Source: Verrucomicrobiia bacterium | GTDB lineage: Bacteria; Verrucomicrobiota; Verrucomicrobiia; Palsa-1439 | Length of the DNA: 49,532 nt | Assembly (NCBI GenBank): GCA_050008795.1 | Contig: JBEKLX010000003.1 | Location: 1 to 49,532 of the forward strand | Direction: 5' to 3' | Part shown: piece after piece, positions 18,072 to 28,947 of the stretch | Position numbering within the stretch: position 1 is the stretch's first letter | How the letters are laid out: every line of letters begins with the position of its first letter | Made by a program: the position numbers and the translations under genes | The notes under the pieces: generated by a model | Seen by the model: the letters and a program-made list of their open reading frames with translations, nothing else | Databases searched by the model: none | Told to the model about the DNA's origin: nothing

Positions 18072-19400
18072 ATGAGCAAAAAACATGTGCAGTGGTTGTA
18101 CGAGGAACTGCCGACACTGGTGAACCAAGGCGTGGTGTCGACAGAAACGGCGGAAAAACTGCGGCGGCATTTCGGCGAACCGGGGGTGAGCAGCGAGAAA
18201 AAACTAGCAGTCCTCATTCTCAGTATTCTCGGCGCGGCCTTCATCGGGGCGGGCGTGATTCTACTGGTGGCGCACAGCTGGGATGGTCTGAGCCGTGAGA
18301 CACGGATGGTGCTGGCGTTCATTCCGCTACTGACTGCGATTGCTCTAGCCGTGTGGGTGCTGCTACGAAGGCGGGAGAACTCACCTTGGCGTGAAGGGGC
18401 GGCAACGTATTGGGCGCTCACAATCGGGTCAACGATCTCGCTCGTAGCGCAAATTTATAACATTCACGGAGACACGGCCCGGTTTTTCCTGACATGGATT
18501 CTGTTGGGGGTTCCCATCGTGTACATATTGCGGTCGAATGTGGCCGCGTGTCTTTATGTAATCGGTGCGACGACATGGGTTGGGTGCGCCGCAGACGAGT
18601 ACAAAGCCGGGACCGCGCTGTGGTATTGGGCGCTTTTGGCGTTGCCGATGCCGCACATGATTCGGCTCTGGCGCGAACAACGATACGGTTGGGGTTCGGC
18701 GCTGACTGGCTGGGTGTTGGCGTTGTCTCTGTGCGTTGGAACGGGGTTAGCGCTCGAAGGGACGATGAAAGGTTCTTGGATTGGAGCGTACACGGGTTTG
18801 CTTGCGTTAATGTATCTGGCGGGCGTGCGTTGGTTCAAAGAGGCGACGACGATATGGCACTCGTCTTGGCAATCAGTGGGCGCAATCGGCCTGGGAGTGG
18901 TGGCGCTCATTCTGACATACCACCAGCCGTGGAAAGAGATTCAATCTCATGGTTGGCGCGAGGTTTGGGCGCCCGGCTCGGTCTTGGTCATAGGGAGTTT
19001 GATCGCGGCGCTCTTGCCGATTGCCGCCGTGTGTGCGGCGGGGCGTGAAGCGCGCGCCGCAAGTTGGAACAGTCTGGATAGGGTGATGGTCGGACTGGCC
19101 CCGCTTTGCGGGGTGGTCGGGTACGTTTTCGCTGCGGCTTGTCAAAATGAAGTGGTCGGGCGTGCGCTATTCAACGTATATCTTTTTGCGCTCGGCTTGG
19201 GGCTATTGGTGGCTGGCGTCCGAGCAAACCGGTTAGGGAACGTGAACCTAGGTCTGTTGGCGTTGTCTGTGTTAATGATTGCGCGATTTTTTGACAGCGA
19301 CTTGAGTTTTCTCGCGCGCGGGGTGGCTTTCATCGTCGTGGGCGCCGGGTTTTTAACGGCAAACGTGATGATGTTGCGGCGGAAAGGAGTGGCTCGATGA
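18072..19400 (+). CDS. DUF2157-domain membrane protein
   Basis: LGAAFIGAGVILLVAHSWD.L, ISLVAQIYNI.G, C-terminal RFFD...SFL.RG.AFI. Confidence 0.85.
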   Translation: MSKKHVQWLYEELPTLVNQGVVSTETAEKLRRHFGEPGVSSEKKLAVLILSILGAAFIGAGVILLVAHSWDGLSRETRMVLAFIPLLTAIALAVWVLLRRRENSPWREGAATYWALTIGSTISLVAQIYNIHGDTARFFLTWILLGVPIVYILRSNVAACLYVIGATTWVGCAADEYKAGTALWYWALLALPMPHMIRLWREQRYGWGSALTGWVLALSLCVGTGLALEGTMKGSWIGAYTGLLALMYLAGVRWFKEATTIWHSSWQSVGAIGLGVVALILTYHQPWKEIQSHGWREVWAPGSVLVIGSLIAALLPIAAVCAAGREARAASWNSLDRVMVGLAPLCGVVGYVFAAACQNEVVGRALFNVYLFALGLGLLVAGVRANRLGNVNLGLLALSVLMIARFFDSDLSFLARGVAFIVVGAGFLTANVMMLRRKGVAR

Positions 19401-19522
19401 AGACTTGCCGTTGTGCGGCGGGTTATGAAAACCGTTGGTAATATCCCGTGCTGGTGTAGCTGATATCTGCCAGAGTGACACCAAGCATAGGTATTGCAGT
19501 GGATCTGAGTTGAGGTGCATCG

Positions 19523-20815
19523 ATGCGGTCCAGAAGCTGGTTTCGTAGTCGAATAAATGGATTGCTGCTCAACGAAAAGAAACTTGCCCTGAGAAGCGGA
19601 ACTTTCTCTCTCGTTCCACGCTTTCAGGACATCGATAGTCTCGGATTATACCTCCATATTCCTTTCTGCCGCCAAATCTGTCCCTACTGTCCTTACAATA
19701 AGGAACTCTATCACCCGGCCGTGGCGGAACGATACGCGGAAGCCGTCCTTCGAGAAATCGATCGGTATGCAGACATCGTCGGAAACCGCCCCGTCACTTC
19801 TTTCTACATCGGCGGTGGCACACCAACGACGATGCTCCACACCGGACTGGCCAAGATTCTGGAACGCATCTATCAGAGGTTTAACATGCAGTGCAGTATC
19901 CACATGGAAAGCCACCCAAACGACCTAAACGCTGCAAACCTGAACAGCATCGCGGCCATGGGCGTGGAGCATCTGAGCATTGGCGTCGAGGCGCTTCAGG
20001 ATCGCCATCTGCGCACGCTCTGCCGTCCCTACACGGCTGCTGAGGCGAGGGCCGCCATCGGGCGCGCCGTCGGCAGAGGCTTCAAATGCGTCAATGTGGA
20101 TTTCATCTTCGCACTACCCAATCAAACCCACGACGAACTCAGACAGGCAGCCAGGACGCTGGTCGAGATAGGCGTGGATCAAATTGCGGCGTATCCGCTC
20201 TTCAGCTTTCCCTATACAAAATGGGCGCAGATGGCACAACAGAACCGCTACCAAAGCTATAACCTTTTGCAGAAACGGCAAATGCGTCGAGTTCTGGAGC
20301 AGACTTTCCACGACGCCGGCTACGAGCAGACCTCGGTGTGGGCTTTTACTCGAGCCGGTGCTCCTAGGTACTGCTCCGTAACGGTCCCTCTCTACCTTGG
20401 CCTTGGCGCCAGTGCTGGCTCCTATCTCCGCGATATATTCTACCTCAATACTTTCAATGTTCTTGAGTATATACGGGCACTGGAAGAGGGGCGGACGCCG
20501 ATTGCCCTTTCGCTGGAACTCTCAAAACGGATGCAGATGGCCGGTTGGCTCTATTGGCGGATTTATGAGACTAGGTTTAAGAAGACTGATTTTCAAAGGC
20601 GTTTCTGCGAGGATTTCGACGCAGTCTATGGGAAGTATTTGAAACCGTGGTCCCTCCTCGGGCTTTTGATAGAGCGGAAAGATGAGATCGCGCTCACGGA
20701 TACAGGTGCCTATTGGCTGCATGCGATACAGGACTTGTTTTCCATCGACTACGTCGGCGAGCTTTGGGGCACTTCTCAGCAAAAACCCTGGCCCGGAGAA
20801 GTGATTCTGTCGTGA
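19523..20815 (+). CDS. HemN-like (class C) radical SAM protein
   Basis: LYLHIPFCRQICPYCPY, YIGGGTPT, LSIGVE, YLGLGASAGS. Confidence 0.88.
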   Translation: MRSRSWFRSRINGLLLNEKKLALRSGTFSLVPRFQDIDSLGLYLHIPFCRQICPYCPYNKELYHPAVAERYAEAVLREIDRYADIVGNRPVTSFYIGGGTPTTMLHTGLAKILERIYQRFNMQCSIHMESHPNDLNAANLNSIAAMGVEHLSIGVEALQDRHLRTLCRPYTAAEARAAIGRAVGRGFKCVNVDFIFALPNQTHDELRQAARTLVEIGVDQIAAYPLFSFPYTKWAQMAQQNRYQSYNLLQKRQMRRVLEQTFHDAGYEQTSVWAFTRAGAPRYCSVTVPLYLGLGASAGSYLRDIFYLNTFNVLEYIRALEEGRTPIALSLELSKRMQMAGWLYWRIYETRFKKTDFQRRFCEDFDAVYGKYLKPWSLLGLLIERKDEIALTDTGAYWLHAIQDLFSIDYVGELWGTSQQKPWPGEVILS

Positions 20816-20829
20816 TGAAATGATCTGCA

Positions 20830-20950
20830 CGGATCACTGACCACCACGCGCACCACGGCGTGGTCCACGGCATCGCGGAAACCGAGATGGCATGAATATT
20901 GATCTTCTTTTCAGCAAGGGCGCGGCAGACCGCCGCCAGTGTGCCGGTCG
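20830..20950 (-). pseudogene. remnant of an ACT-domain protein
   Basis: GTLAAVCRALAEKKINIHAISVS, a 2-nt frameshift, then DAVDHAVVRVVVSDP; both ends missing. Confidence 0.7.
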
Positions 20951-20957
20951 GACTTCG

Positions 20958-21057
20958 ATGAATTGGTTGCGCCAGAAACGACACAGGCGCGTTTGCTCCG
21001 CTCGAAGCGGAGCGTCTCGTCCGACTCGGCTCCGTCTGACTCGGCTTACTAATTCAT
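20958..21057. mobile_element. MITE-like 100-bp element
   Basis: terminal IR atgaattggt/actaattcat (1 mismatch), internal hairpin gctccgc-tcgaa-gcggagc, gactcggct duplicated. Confidence 0.4.
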
Positions 21058-21156
21058 AATCGGCGCGACAGGGGAAGCCGTTAAGTCCCACTTGACAAAG
21101 ACCCGAATCTGCATTAATTATTCGCATACAGGGCATAAGTAGAATCTGGATTACTA

Positions 21157-22050
21157 ATGCAAGTCGAGTCGCTTAAGATTTTCTGCGATGTCGCCAATCT
21201 CGGGAGTTTTTCCCGTGGGGCGGAGGCAAATGGCGTGCTGCAATCGGCGGCCAGTCAGGCGGTGCGCCAGCTCGAAAAACGCCTCGGCGTCAGGCTGATT
21301 GACCGCTCACGACGACCGTGGCAGTTGACCGCGGATGGGAAACTGTTCTACGAGGGCTGTCGCGACGTGCTGGCGCGGTATCGCGATCTGGAGGCGAGTG
21401 TGCGCCGCAGTCGTGTCGATGCGAATGCGGTTGTGCGCGTGGCAGCGATTTACTCAGTCGGGCTGGGCGACATGAGCCAGTACATCCGGCGGTTCTCGGA
21501 ATCCAACGCCCGCGCCCGTGTCCAAGTGTCGTACCTGCATCCCGATCAGGTGTATGAGGGCGTGCTCGAGGAAAAGGCGGACCTTGGCATTGTCTCGTTC
21601 CCGCAACGGCGGCGCGAGTTGACAGTGATTCCATGGCGCGAGGAACCAATGGTGGCGGCGTGTCCCCCGCAACATCGGCTGGCGGGGCGTAAAAAGATCG
21701 CGCTGGCAGAAATCTCGGGTGAGAAGTTTGTCGGATTTGACCGTGGCCTGGTCATTCGTAAGCATGTGGATCGGTTCCTGAAGCAACACGGCGTCCAAGT
21801 CGAGGTTGTTGTGGAGTTTGACAACATCGAAGCGATCAAGCGCGCGGTGGAAGTCGCGTCTGGCATATCGGTTTTGCCCGGGCCGACACTGGACCGCGAA
21901 GTGAAGGTGGGCACGCTGGCAGCCGTGCCATTCACGCCGGACGGGTTTGTGCGGCCGCTGGGGATTATTCATCGTCGGGGCCGCGAGTTATACCCAAGCA
22001 TCCGGTCGTTCGTCGAGTTGCTGCTGAACGGGCGCAAGGAAGGATCGTAG
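21157..22050 (+). CDS. LysR-family transcriptional regulator, co-oriented with gltB
   Basis: SFSRGA...QSAASQAVRQLE..LG..LIDRS HTH; DNIEAIKRAVE; TTGACA at 21092. Confidence 0.93.
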   Translation: MQVESLKIFCDVANLGSFSRGAEANGVLQSAASQAVRQLEKRLGVRLIDRSRRPWQLTADGKLFYEGCRDVLARYRDLEASVRRSRVDANAVVRVAAIYSVGLGDMSQYIRRFSESNARARVQVSYLHPDQVYEGVLEEKADLGIVSFPQRRRELTVIPWREEPMVAACPPQHRLAGRKKIALAEISGEKFVGFDRGLVIRKHVDRFLKQHGVQVEVVVEFDNIEAIKRAVEVASGISVLPGPTLDREVKVGTLAAVPFTPDGFVRPLGIIHRRGRELYPSIRSFVELLLNGRKEGS

Positions 22051-25000
22051 ATGAACGGCGATTTCAGGCGAGCAGAAGGTTTGTACGACTCGCGGCATGA
22101 ACACGACGCGTGCGGTGTCGGGTTTGTCGTCAACATCAAGGGCCGGCGGTCGAACCAGATTCTACGCCAGGCGCTTACGGCGCTGATCAACCTGCGCCAC
22201 CGTGGCGCGTGCGGCTGTGAACCAAACACGGGTGACGGCGCGGGCGTGTTGTTTCAAAAACCGCACGCGTTCCTACAGAAGGAGTGCGCCCGTCAGAATA
22301 TTTCACTCCCCTCACCTTCCGAGTATGGCGTTGGCATGATCTTTTTGCCATCCGACAAATCGGAACGGTACAAATGCGAAAAACTTTTTGAGGAGATCGT
22401 GGACACTGAGGGTCTACAGTTACTGGGCTGGCGCACCGTGCCGACCTGCAACGCCAGCCTCGGTAACACCGCTAGGTCGTCCGAACCGGTGATGCGCCAG
22501 GTGTTCATCGATCGCGGGACAGAGTTTGGCGACGACATGGCGTTTGAACGGAAGCTATACGTCATTCGGCGGCTGGCCGAGCGCGGCATTCGGTACTCGG
22601 GCATCAAAGGTGGCGAACACTTCTACATCGCCAGCTTGTCGCACAAGACGATCGCCTACAAAGGCATGTTAATGTCGGAACAGTTGGAGCAATTCTATCC
22701 CGACCTCGCAGATCCGGCGATGGAGACCGCGCTGGCGTTGGTGCACTCGCGGTTCAGTACGAACACTTTTCCGAGTTGGTACCGGGCGCATCCATACCGT
22801 TACGTGGCGCACAATGGCGAAATCAACACGCTACGTGGCAATATCAATTGGATGCACGCTCGTCAGACCCTGTTCGTCAGCGACGTATTCGGCGCCGACA
22901 TCAAGAAGGTGCTGCCGATCGTTCAGGAAGACGGTTCCGACTCAGCGATGTTCGACAACTGTCTGGAGTTCCTTGTGCTTGCGGGACGATCGTTGCCGCA
23001 TGCGATTATGATGATGATTCCCGAGCCTTGGGAAAATCATGAGAGCATGCCCGACGACAAACGCGCGTTTTACGAATATCACTCTTGCCTGATGGAACCG
23101 TGGGACGGCCCGGCCTCGATCGCGTTCACCGATGGAGTGCGGATCGGCGCAGTTCTCGACCGTAATGGTTTGCGTCCATCGCGCTATTACGTGACGAAAG
23201 ACGATCTTGTCATCATGGCCAGTGAGGTTGGGGTGCTGGATGTGCCGCCTGATCGCGTCCTGCAAAAGGGGCGGCTTCAGCCCGGTCGCATGTTCCTGAT
23301 CGACACCGAACTCGGGCGCATCGTCGCCGACGAAGAACTCAAGCACAACATGGCCGGCGAGAAACCGTATCGGCTTTGGCTCGATAAAAACCTCATCCAT
23401 ATCGCCGACCTGCCGGTCCGCGCATCCGCGCACGAGTCGGACCACAAGACTGTGCTCCAGCGCCAGCAGGCGTTTGGCTACACGTTTGAGGATTTGCGGA
23501 TCATCATGTTGCCGATGGCGCGCGATGGCGTGCAACCCCTCGGTTCGATGGGCGCAGACACGCCGTTGGCGGTGCTGTCGCATAAACCGCAGTCGCTCTA
23601 CAATTATTTCAAGCAATTGTTCGCGCAGGTGACCAATCCTCCAATCGATCCGATCCGCGAAGAGGTCATTACCTCGACCAATACACTGCTTGGCAGTGAG
23701 GCCGACCTGCTTGAGCCCGGCCCGGTCAACTGCCGTCAGATCGCGCTCAAAGGTCCGGTTCTGACCAACGAAGAACTGGAAAAACTCCGGCGCATCAACA
23801 AGCCGGGTTTCAAAGCGGTCACCCTGTCGATGTTGTTCAAAGCCGCCCACGACGCCAATGGCATGGAGCTGGCCATGGACCAGCTTTGCGTTCAGGCCAG
23901 CCGTGCCATTGCCGACGGCGCAAACATTCTTATCTTGTCCGACCGCGGTGTAAACAGGGAGCATGCGGCAATCCCCGCGTTACTGGCGGTGTCTGGTCTC
24001 CACCACCATCTCATCCGCGAAGGCACGCGGACGCGCGTCGGTCTGGTCATGGAATCGGGTGAACCGCGCGAGGTGCATCACTTCGCATTACTGATCGGTT
24101 ACGGCTGCAGTGCAATCAATCCGTACCTGGCATTCGAGACCATCGACGACCTGATCCGTGATGGCATGTTGACGGGTATCGATCACAAGACTGCGGTCAA
24201 GAACTACATCAAAGCTGTCATAAAAGGCATTGTCAAGACGATGGCCAAGATGGGCATTTCGACAATTCAAAGCTATCGCGGCGCGCAAATCTTCGAGGCG
24301 ATCGGCCTGAACCAGACGGTCGTGGACAAGTATTTTACGTGGACGGCGTCCCGTGTTGGCGGCGTTGGCATGGACGTACTGACAAAAGAGGTCTTGCTGC
24401 GGCACGAACGCGCGTATCCCGACCGCCCATCGCCGGAGCATGGCACACTGGATTCAGGCGGGTTTTACCAGTGGCGCAGGGATGGCGAATTTCACCTGTT
24501 CAATCCGGAAACGATTCACAAACTGCAACTGGCTACCCGCACCAACAACTACAAGGTGTTCAAGGAATACAGCGAGTCGGTGAATGATCATGCCCGGAAT
24601 CTGTGTACGTTGCGCGGATTACTCGATTTCAAGGTTGCCGAGCAACCGATTCCGATTGAAGAAGTCGAACCGGTCGAATCCATCGTGAAACGGTTCAAGA
24701 CCGGTGCGATGAGTTACGGCTCGATCGGCAAAGAAACGCATGAGGCGCTCGCCATTGCCATGAACCGGCTCGGAGGCAAGAGTAACACCGGCGAAGGCGG
24801 CGAAGATCCTGTTCGCTACCAACCGCTGCCCAATGGCGACTCGCTCTGCAGCGCCATCAAACAGGTTGCTTCAGGCCGTTTCGGTGTGACCAGCCAGTAC
24901 CTCGTCAGCGCGCAGGAACTTCAAATCAAGATGGCGCAGGGCGCAAAACCCGGCGAGGGCGGCGAACTACCCGGACGTAAGGTCTATCCGTGGATCGCCA

Positions 25001-26649
25001 AAACGCGCGGTACGACAGCAGGTGTGGGTCTCATTTCGCCGCCGCCGCACCATGATATTTACTCAATCGAAGATCTCGCGGAACTCATACACGATCTGAA
25101 GAACGCGAATCGCAATGCGCGGATCAGTGTGAAACTGGTCGCTGAGGTAGGCGTCGGCACTATTGCAGCCGGTGTGTCGAAGGCGCATGCCGATGTTGTC
25201 CTGATCAGCGGCTACGATGGCGGCACTGGCGCATCGCCGCTGTCGTCCATCAAGCACGCCGGTATTCCGTGGGAACTCGGTCTTGCCGAAACGCACCAGA
25301 CACTTGTGCTGAACAATCTCCGTAGCCGCATCGCGGTCGAGACTGACGGCCAACTCAAGACGGGCCGCGACGTGGCAATCGCAACGCTGCTGGGCGCCGA
25401 GGAATTCGGTTTTGCGACCGCACCACTGGTGGCTTTGGGCTGCATCATGATGCGCGTTTGCCATTTGAATACCTGCCCGGTCGGCGTCGCGACGCAGGAC
25501 CCGCAACTGCGAGCGCGGTTCGCCGGCAGTCCGGATTACGTGGTGAATTTCATGCGGTTTATCGCCGAAGAATTGCGCGAAATCATGGCCAAACTCGGTT
25601 TCCGCACCATCAACGAAATGATCGGGCGCGCGGACCGTCTGGAAGTGAAGAAAGCCGTTGACCACTGGAAGACGCGTGGATTGGACTTCTCGAAGATCCT
25701 TTACCAACCCGAAGTGCACGGCGACGTAGGACGTTATAAACAGATGGAACAGGACCACGGCATCGCGCAGTCGCTTGACGCGACAAAACTGCTGGATCTT
25801 TGCCGGCCCGCTTGCGAGCGGAGCGAGAAAGTGCGCGCGACATTACCGATTCACAATGTAAATCGCGTCGTCGGCACCATTGTTGGCAGCGAAGTCACGA
25901 GGAAATACGGGCCAGCCGGATTACCTGAAGACACGATCGAACTGACATTCAAAGGTTCGGCAGGCCAGAGTTTTGGCGCATTCGTGCCGCATGGCATGAC
26001 GCTGATACTCGAAGGCGACGCGAACGATTACCTTGGCAAAGGCCTAAGCGGCGGTCGCATCATTGTTTATCCGTCTGAAGGTTCCACGTTTGTGCCCGAG
26101 GAAAACATCATCGTTGGCAACGTCGCGCTTTACGGCGCGACTGGTGGCGAGGCATTCATACGCGGCATGGCGGGTGAACGCTTCTGCGTTCGCAACAGCG
26201 GCGTGGACGCTGTCGTTGAAGCAGTCGGCGACCACGGCTGCGAGTACATGACTGGCGGGCACGTCATCGTCATAGGGCCGACGGGGCGCAATTTTGCGGC
26301 GGGCATGTCGGGCGGCATCGCCTACGTGCTTGACGAGCGGGGTAATTTCGCAACGCGCTGCAACACTGCGATGGTCGGCTTGGAAAAACTCACCGATCCC
26401 GAAGAAATCGAGTTCGTCTGCAGGATGATCGCCCGGCACGGCGATTACACCAAGAGCACGCACGCCTGGAAGCTGGTCGCGGAATGGAAGCAAACAGTGT
26501 CGAAGTTCGTCAAAGTGATGCCGAAGGACTACCAGCGCGCCATTGAGGCGATCGACCGCGCGAAACAGGCCGGCCTCAGCGGCGACGAGGCGATCAACGC
26601 CGCGTTCGAGGAGAACTCCAGCGACCTCGCGCGCGTCGGAGGAAATTAA
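22051..26649 (+). CDS. gltB: glutamate synthase large subunit
   Basis: [65 protein letters not shown]. Confidence 0.98.
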   Translation: MNGDFRRAEGLYDSRHEHDACGVGFVVNIKGRRSNQILRQALTALINLRHRGACGCEPNTGDGAGVLFQKPHAFLQKECARQNISLPSPSEYGVGMIFLPSDKSERYKCEKLFEEIVDTEGLQLLGWRTVPTCNASLGNTARSSEPVMRQVFIDRGTEFGDDMAFERKLYVIRRLAERGIRYSGIKGGEHFYIASLSHKTIAYKGMLMSEQLEQFYPDLADPAMETALALVHSRFSTNTFPSWYRAHPYRYVAHNGEINTLRGNINWMHARQTLFVSDVFGADIKKVLPIVQEDGSDSAMFDNCLEFLVLAGRSLPHAIMMMIPEPWENHESMPDDKRAFYEYHSCLMEPWDGPASIAFTDGVRIGAVLDRNGLRPSRYYVTKDDLVIMASEVGVLDVPPDRVLQKGRLQPGRMFLIDTELGRIVADEELKHNMAGEKPYRLWLDKNLIHIADLPVRASAHESDHKTVLQRQQAFGYTFEDLRIIMLPMARDGVQPLGSMGADTPLAVLSHKPQSLYNYFKQLFAQVTNPPIDPIREEVITSTNTLLGSEADLLEPGPVNCRQIALKGPVLTNEELEKLRRINKPGFKAVTLSMLFKAAHDANGMELAMDQLCVQASRAIADGANILILSDRGVNREHAAIPALLAVSGLHHHLIREGTRTRVGLVMESGEPREVHHFALLIGYGCSAINPYLAFETIDDLIRDGMLTGIDHKTAVKNYIKAVIKGIVKTMAKMGISTIQSYRGAQIFEAIGLNQTVVDKYFTWTASRVGGVGMDVLTKEVLLRHERAYPDRPSPEHGTLDSGGFYQWRRDGEFHLFNPETIHKLQLATRTNNYKVFKEYSESVNDHARNLCTLRGLLDFKVAEQPIPIEEVEPVESIVKRFKTGAMSYGSIGKETHEALAIAMNRLGGKSNTGEGGEDPVRYQPLPNGDSLCSAIKQVASGRFGVTSQYLVSAQELQIKMAQGAKPGEGGELPGRKVYPWIAKTRGTTAGVGLISPPPHHDIYSIEDLAELIHDLKNANRNARISVKLVAEVGVGTIAAGVSKAHADVVLISGYDGGTGASPLSSIKHAGIPWELGLAETHQTLVLNNLRSRIAVETDGQLKTGRDVAIATLLGAEEFGFATAPLVALGCIMMRVCHLNTCPVGVATQDPQLRARFAGSPDYVVNFMRFIAEELREIMAKLGFRTINEMIGRADRLEVKKAVDHWKTRGLDFSKILYQPEVHGDVGRYKQMEQDHGIAQSLDATKLLDLCRPACERSEKVRATLPIHNVNRVVGTIVGSEVTRKYGPAGLPEDTIELTFKGSAGQSFGAFVPHGMTLILEGDANDYLGKGLSGGRIIVYPSEGSTFVPEENIIVGNVALYGATGGEAFIRGMAGERFCVRNSGVDAVVEAVGDHGCEYMTGGHVIVIGPTGRNFAAGMSGGIAYVLDERGNFATRCNTAMVGLEKLTDPEEIEFVCRMIARHGDYTKSTHAWKLVAEWKQTVSKFVKVMPKDYQRAIEAIDRAKQAGLSGDEAINAAFEENSSDLARVGGN

Positions 26650-26683
26650 CGGTTGGATAGGCAAGAAGAGTGATAGTGTGGAA

Positions 26684-28927
26684 ATGATGACCATCAAGCA
26701 TCGAATTCTGTTTTTAATGTTCTTTTTTTCGGGTTGGTGTGGGCTACTGTATCAGGTCGTCTGGGTTCGCATGGCGTTTGCCAATTTCGGCATCATTACC
26801 CCTGTTTTGTCTGTGGTCATCTCAGTGTTTATGCTGGGACTTTTCATCGGCTCTTGGCTCGGAGGAAAGTGGATCGGCCCGTTAACCGCCAGGACCGGGA
26901 TTTCATCAATCACGGTTTATGGGATGAGTGAGCTTTGCATTGGATTGGGCGCTTTTATCGTGCCAAAACTATTCTCGCTTGGGGCCTCCTCTCTCTTGCC
27001 GCTAGGGAACATGGATTCGTTGCGCTACCTGTTGTTGTCCGGTGCTGTCATCTCCATTTCGATTTTACCGTGGTGTGTCTGTATGGGCGCTACGTTCCCA
27101 TTGATGATGGCGTTCGTCAAAGAGTCTGATCCATCCCGGGAATTTCATGAGACGAGCTTCAGCTTTCTTTATCTAGCGAATGTTTTAGGGGCCATGTGCG
27201 GCACCGCCCTTACAGCGTTGGTGCTGGTAGAGGTCTACGGGTTTTCCCATACCCTCTGGATCGCTGCCCTCTTCAATTTCCTCATCGCGATGTTGAGTTT
27301 TAAGTTGGGCCGTGGCTCCCGTCGTCCTGTCGCATCTCAGGCGCCTGCAGGAACCCAGATAAGCCAGCCTATGGCGGCAGCAAGACCGGTGATAGCGAGT
27401 TGTGCCGACGATGGTCCCACTTGGACGAGTCCTACGCTTGTCGGTGTCATTCTATTCACGACAGGTCTTATTTCTATGGCCATGGAGGTTGTGTGGATCA
27501 GGGCATTTATGCCGGTTTTGAGTACGACAATCTATGCCTTTGCCGCACTCCTCACGACTTATCTCTTCGCAACATGGGTCGGCTCCTGTTTTTACCGCCG
27601 GCATTTGCGGAAAAGCCATGCATGGACCACTGCCAAGCTACTGGCCTATCTGGCTGTGTTTTCGTTTCTGCCGATTGCGCTCAACGATCCTCGTTTATCG
27701 TCAAGCCGACTCGTGGTTTTACTGAGTATCATTCCCATTTGCGCAGCCCTTGGATACCTTACCCCTAAACTCATTGATCAATACTCTTTAGGCTCTCCAC
27801 GTAGTGCGGGCAGGGGGTATGCACTCAATATTCTCGGTTGCATTATTGGGCCGCTGCTCGCCGGTTATGGTCTCCTGCCCTGGCTGGGTGTTCGCTTTTC
27901 GTTGGTGTTGCTGGCGACCCCGTTTCTGGTGTTTTACGCCAAGCATTTGGTGTCGAACCGGGAAGCGAGATATGCCGGACTTGGTTTCTTATCACTGGCA
28001 CTACTTCTGATTTCGGTTTTTGTGAACGTAACCTACGAAGATGGTGCCTTTTCCCGAAGTGCGGTGGTTCGTCGTGACTACACGGCAACTGTCATCTCCT
28101 ATGGCGAGGGGATGCATAAGGGACTTCTTGTTAACGGAATCGGGATTACCGAGCTGACCCCCGTCACCAAGCTTATGGCGCACCTTCCACTAGCGTTTCG
28201 GAGCACGCGACCGCAATCAGCGTTGGTCATCTGTTTCGGTATGGGAACGACGTTTCGCTCCTTGATGAGCTGGGACATCGAGGTTACAGCCGTCGAGTTG
28301 GTACCCAGCGTGAAAGAGGCATTTGGGTATTATTTTAAGGATGCGCCGACGTTGCTGCGGAATCCTAAAGGACGGATTATCATTGATGACGGGCGGCGAT
28401 TTCTCAATCGCACCACCCAAAAATTTGATGTCATCACGATCGATCCTCCGCCGCCTGTCGGGGCAGCGGGGTCGAGCCTTTTGTATTCACAAGAGTTCTA
28501 TGAATTAGCTAAACAGCACCTTACGACCAACGGCATTTTACAGCAGTGGTTTCCAGGCGGCGAAAAACAAACATTCGTAGCTATCGTGAACACGCTCACC
28601 AAAGTTTTCCCCTATGTCAGGATATCCCGCTCGATTAAAGGATGGGGGGTTCACTTTCTTGCTGCCACGCAGCCGTTCCAAACCCCTTCCGTGGACGAGA
28701 TGATCGCGCGGATGCCGGCGGCTGCACGCGCGGATTTGATGGAGTGGTTTCATGGGTACGACTTGAAAACGGTGGTCAACGCCGCCTTGAGCCGGCAAAT
28801 TGGGTTCGACAAAGCTGTCCTGCAAAGCGACCGCATCTTGATTTCCGATGATAGGCCGTTTAACGAGTATTTCTTCTTGCGCCGGCAGTGGGACCGGTTT
28901 ACCGGCTCCCCCTATCACGTGAACTAA
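26684..28927 (+). CDS. membrane-fused spermidine-synthase-like (SAM-fold) protein
   Basis: SG.CGLLYQVVW.R membrane repeat twice; C-terminal VICFGMGTT, AVELVP, DDGRRFL, FDVITIDPPPP, LYSQEFY, SDDRPFNEY. Confidence 0.88.
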   Translation: MMTIKHRILFLMFFFSGWCGLLYQVVWVRMAFANFGIITPVLSVVISVFMLGLFIGSWLGGKWIGPLTARTGISSITVYGMSELCIGLGAFIVPKLFSLGASSLLPLGNMDSLRYLLLSGAVISISILPWCVCMGATFPLMMAFVKESDPSREFHETSFSFLYLANVLGAMCGTALTALVLVEVYGFSHTLWIAALFNFLIAMLSFKLGRGSRRPVASQAPAGTQISQPMAAARPVIASCADDGPTWTSPTLVGVILFTTGLISMAMEVVWIRAFMPVLSTTIYAFAALLTTYLFATWVGSCFYRRHLRKSHAWTTAKLLAYLAVFSFLPIALNDPRLSSSRLVVLLSIIPICAALGYLTPKLIDQYSLGSPRSAGRGYALNILGCIIGPLLAGYGLLPWLGVRFSLVLLATPFLVFYAKHLVSNREARYAGLGFLSLALLLISVFVNVTYEDGAFSRSAVVRRDYTATVISYGEGMHKGLLVNGIGITELTPVTKLMAHLPLAFRSTRPQSALVICFGMGTTFRSLMSWDIEVTAVELVPSVKEAFGYYFKDAPTLLRNPKGRIIIDDGRRFLNRTTQKFDVITIDPPPPVGAAGSSLLYSQEFYELAKQHLTTNGILQQWFPGGEKQTFVAIVNTLTKVFPYVRISRSIKGWGVHFLAATQPFQTPSVDEMIARMPAAARADLMEWFHGYDLKTVVNAALSRQIGFDKAVLQSDRILISDDRPFNEYFFLRRQWDRFTGSPYHVN

Positions 28928-28947
28928 GGATTTAGCTGGAGAAACAC

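Noticed and set aside
26543-26683. Upstream extension of the spermidine-synthase-like ORF into gltB
   Set aside because: Out-of-frame overlap with the gltB end; the membrane domain starts after ATG 26684
27128-27156. Possible degenerate palindrome insertion (DPSREFHE)
   Set aside because: Pairing too poor to assign to any repeat family
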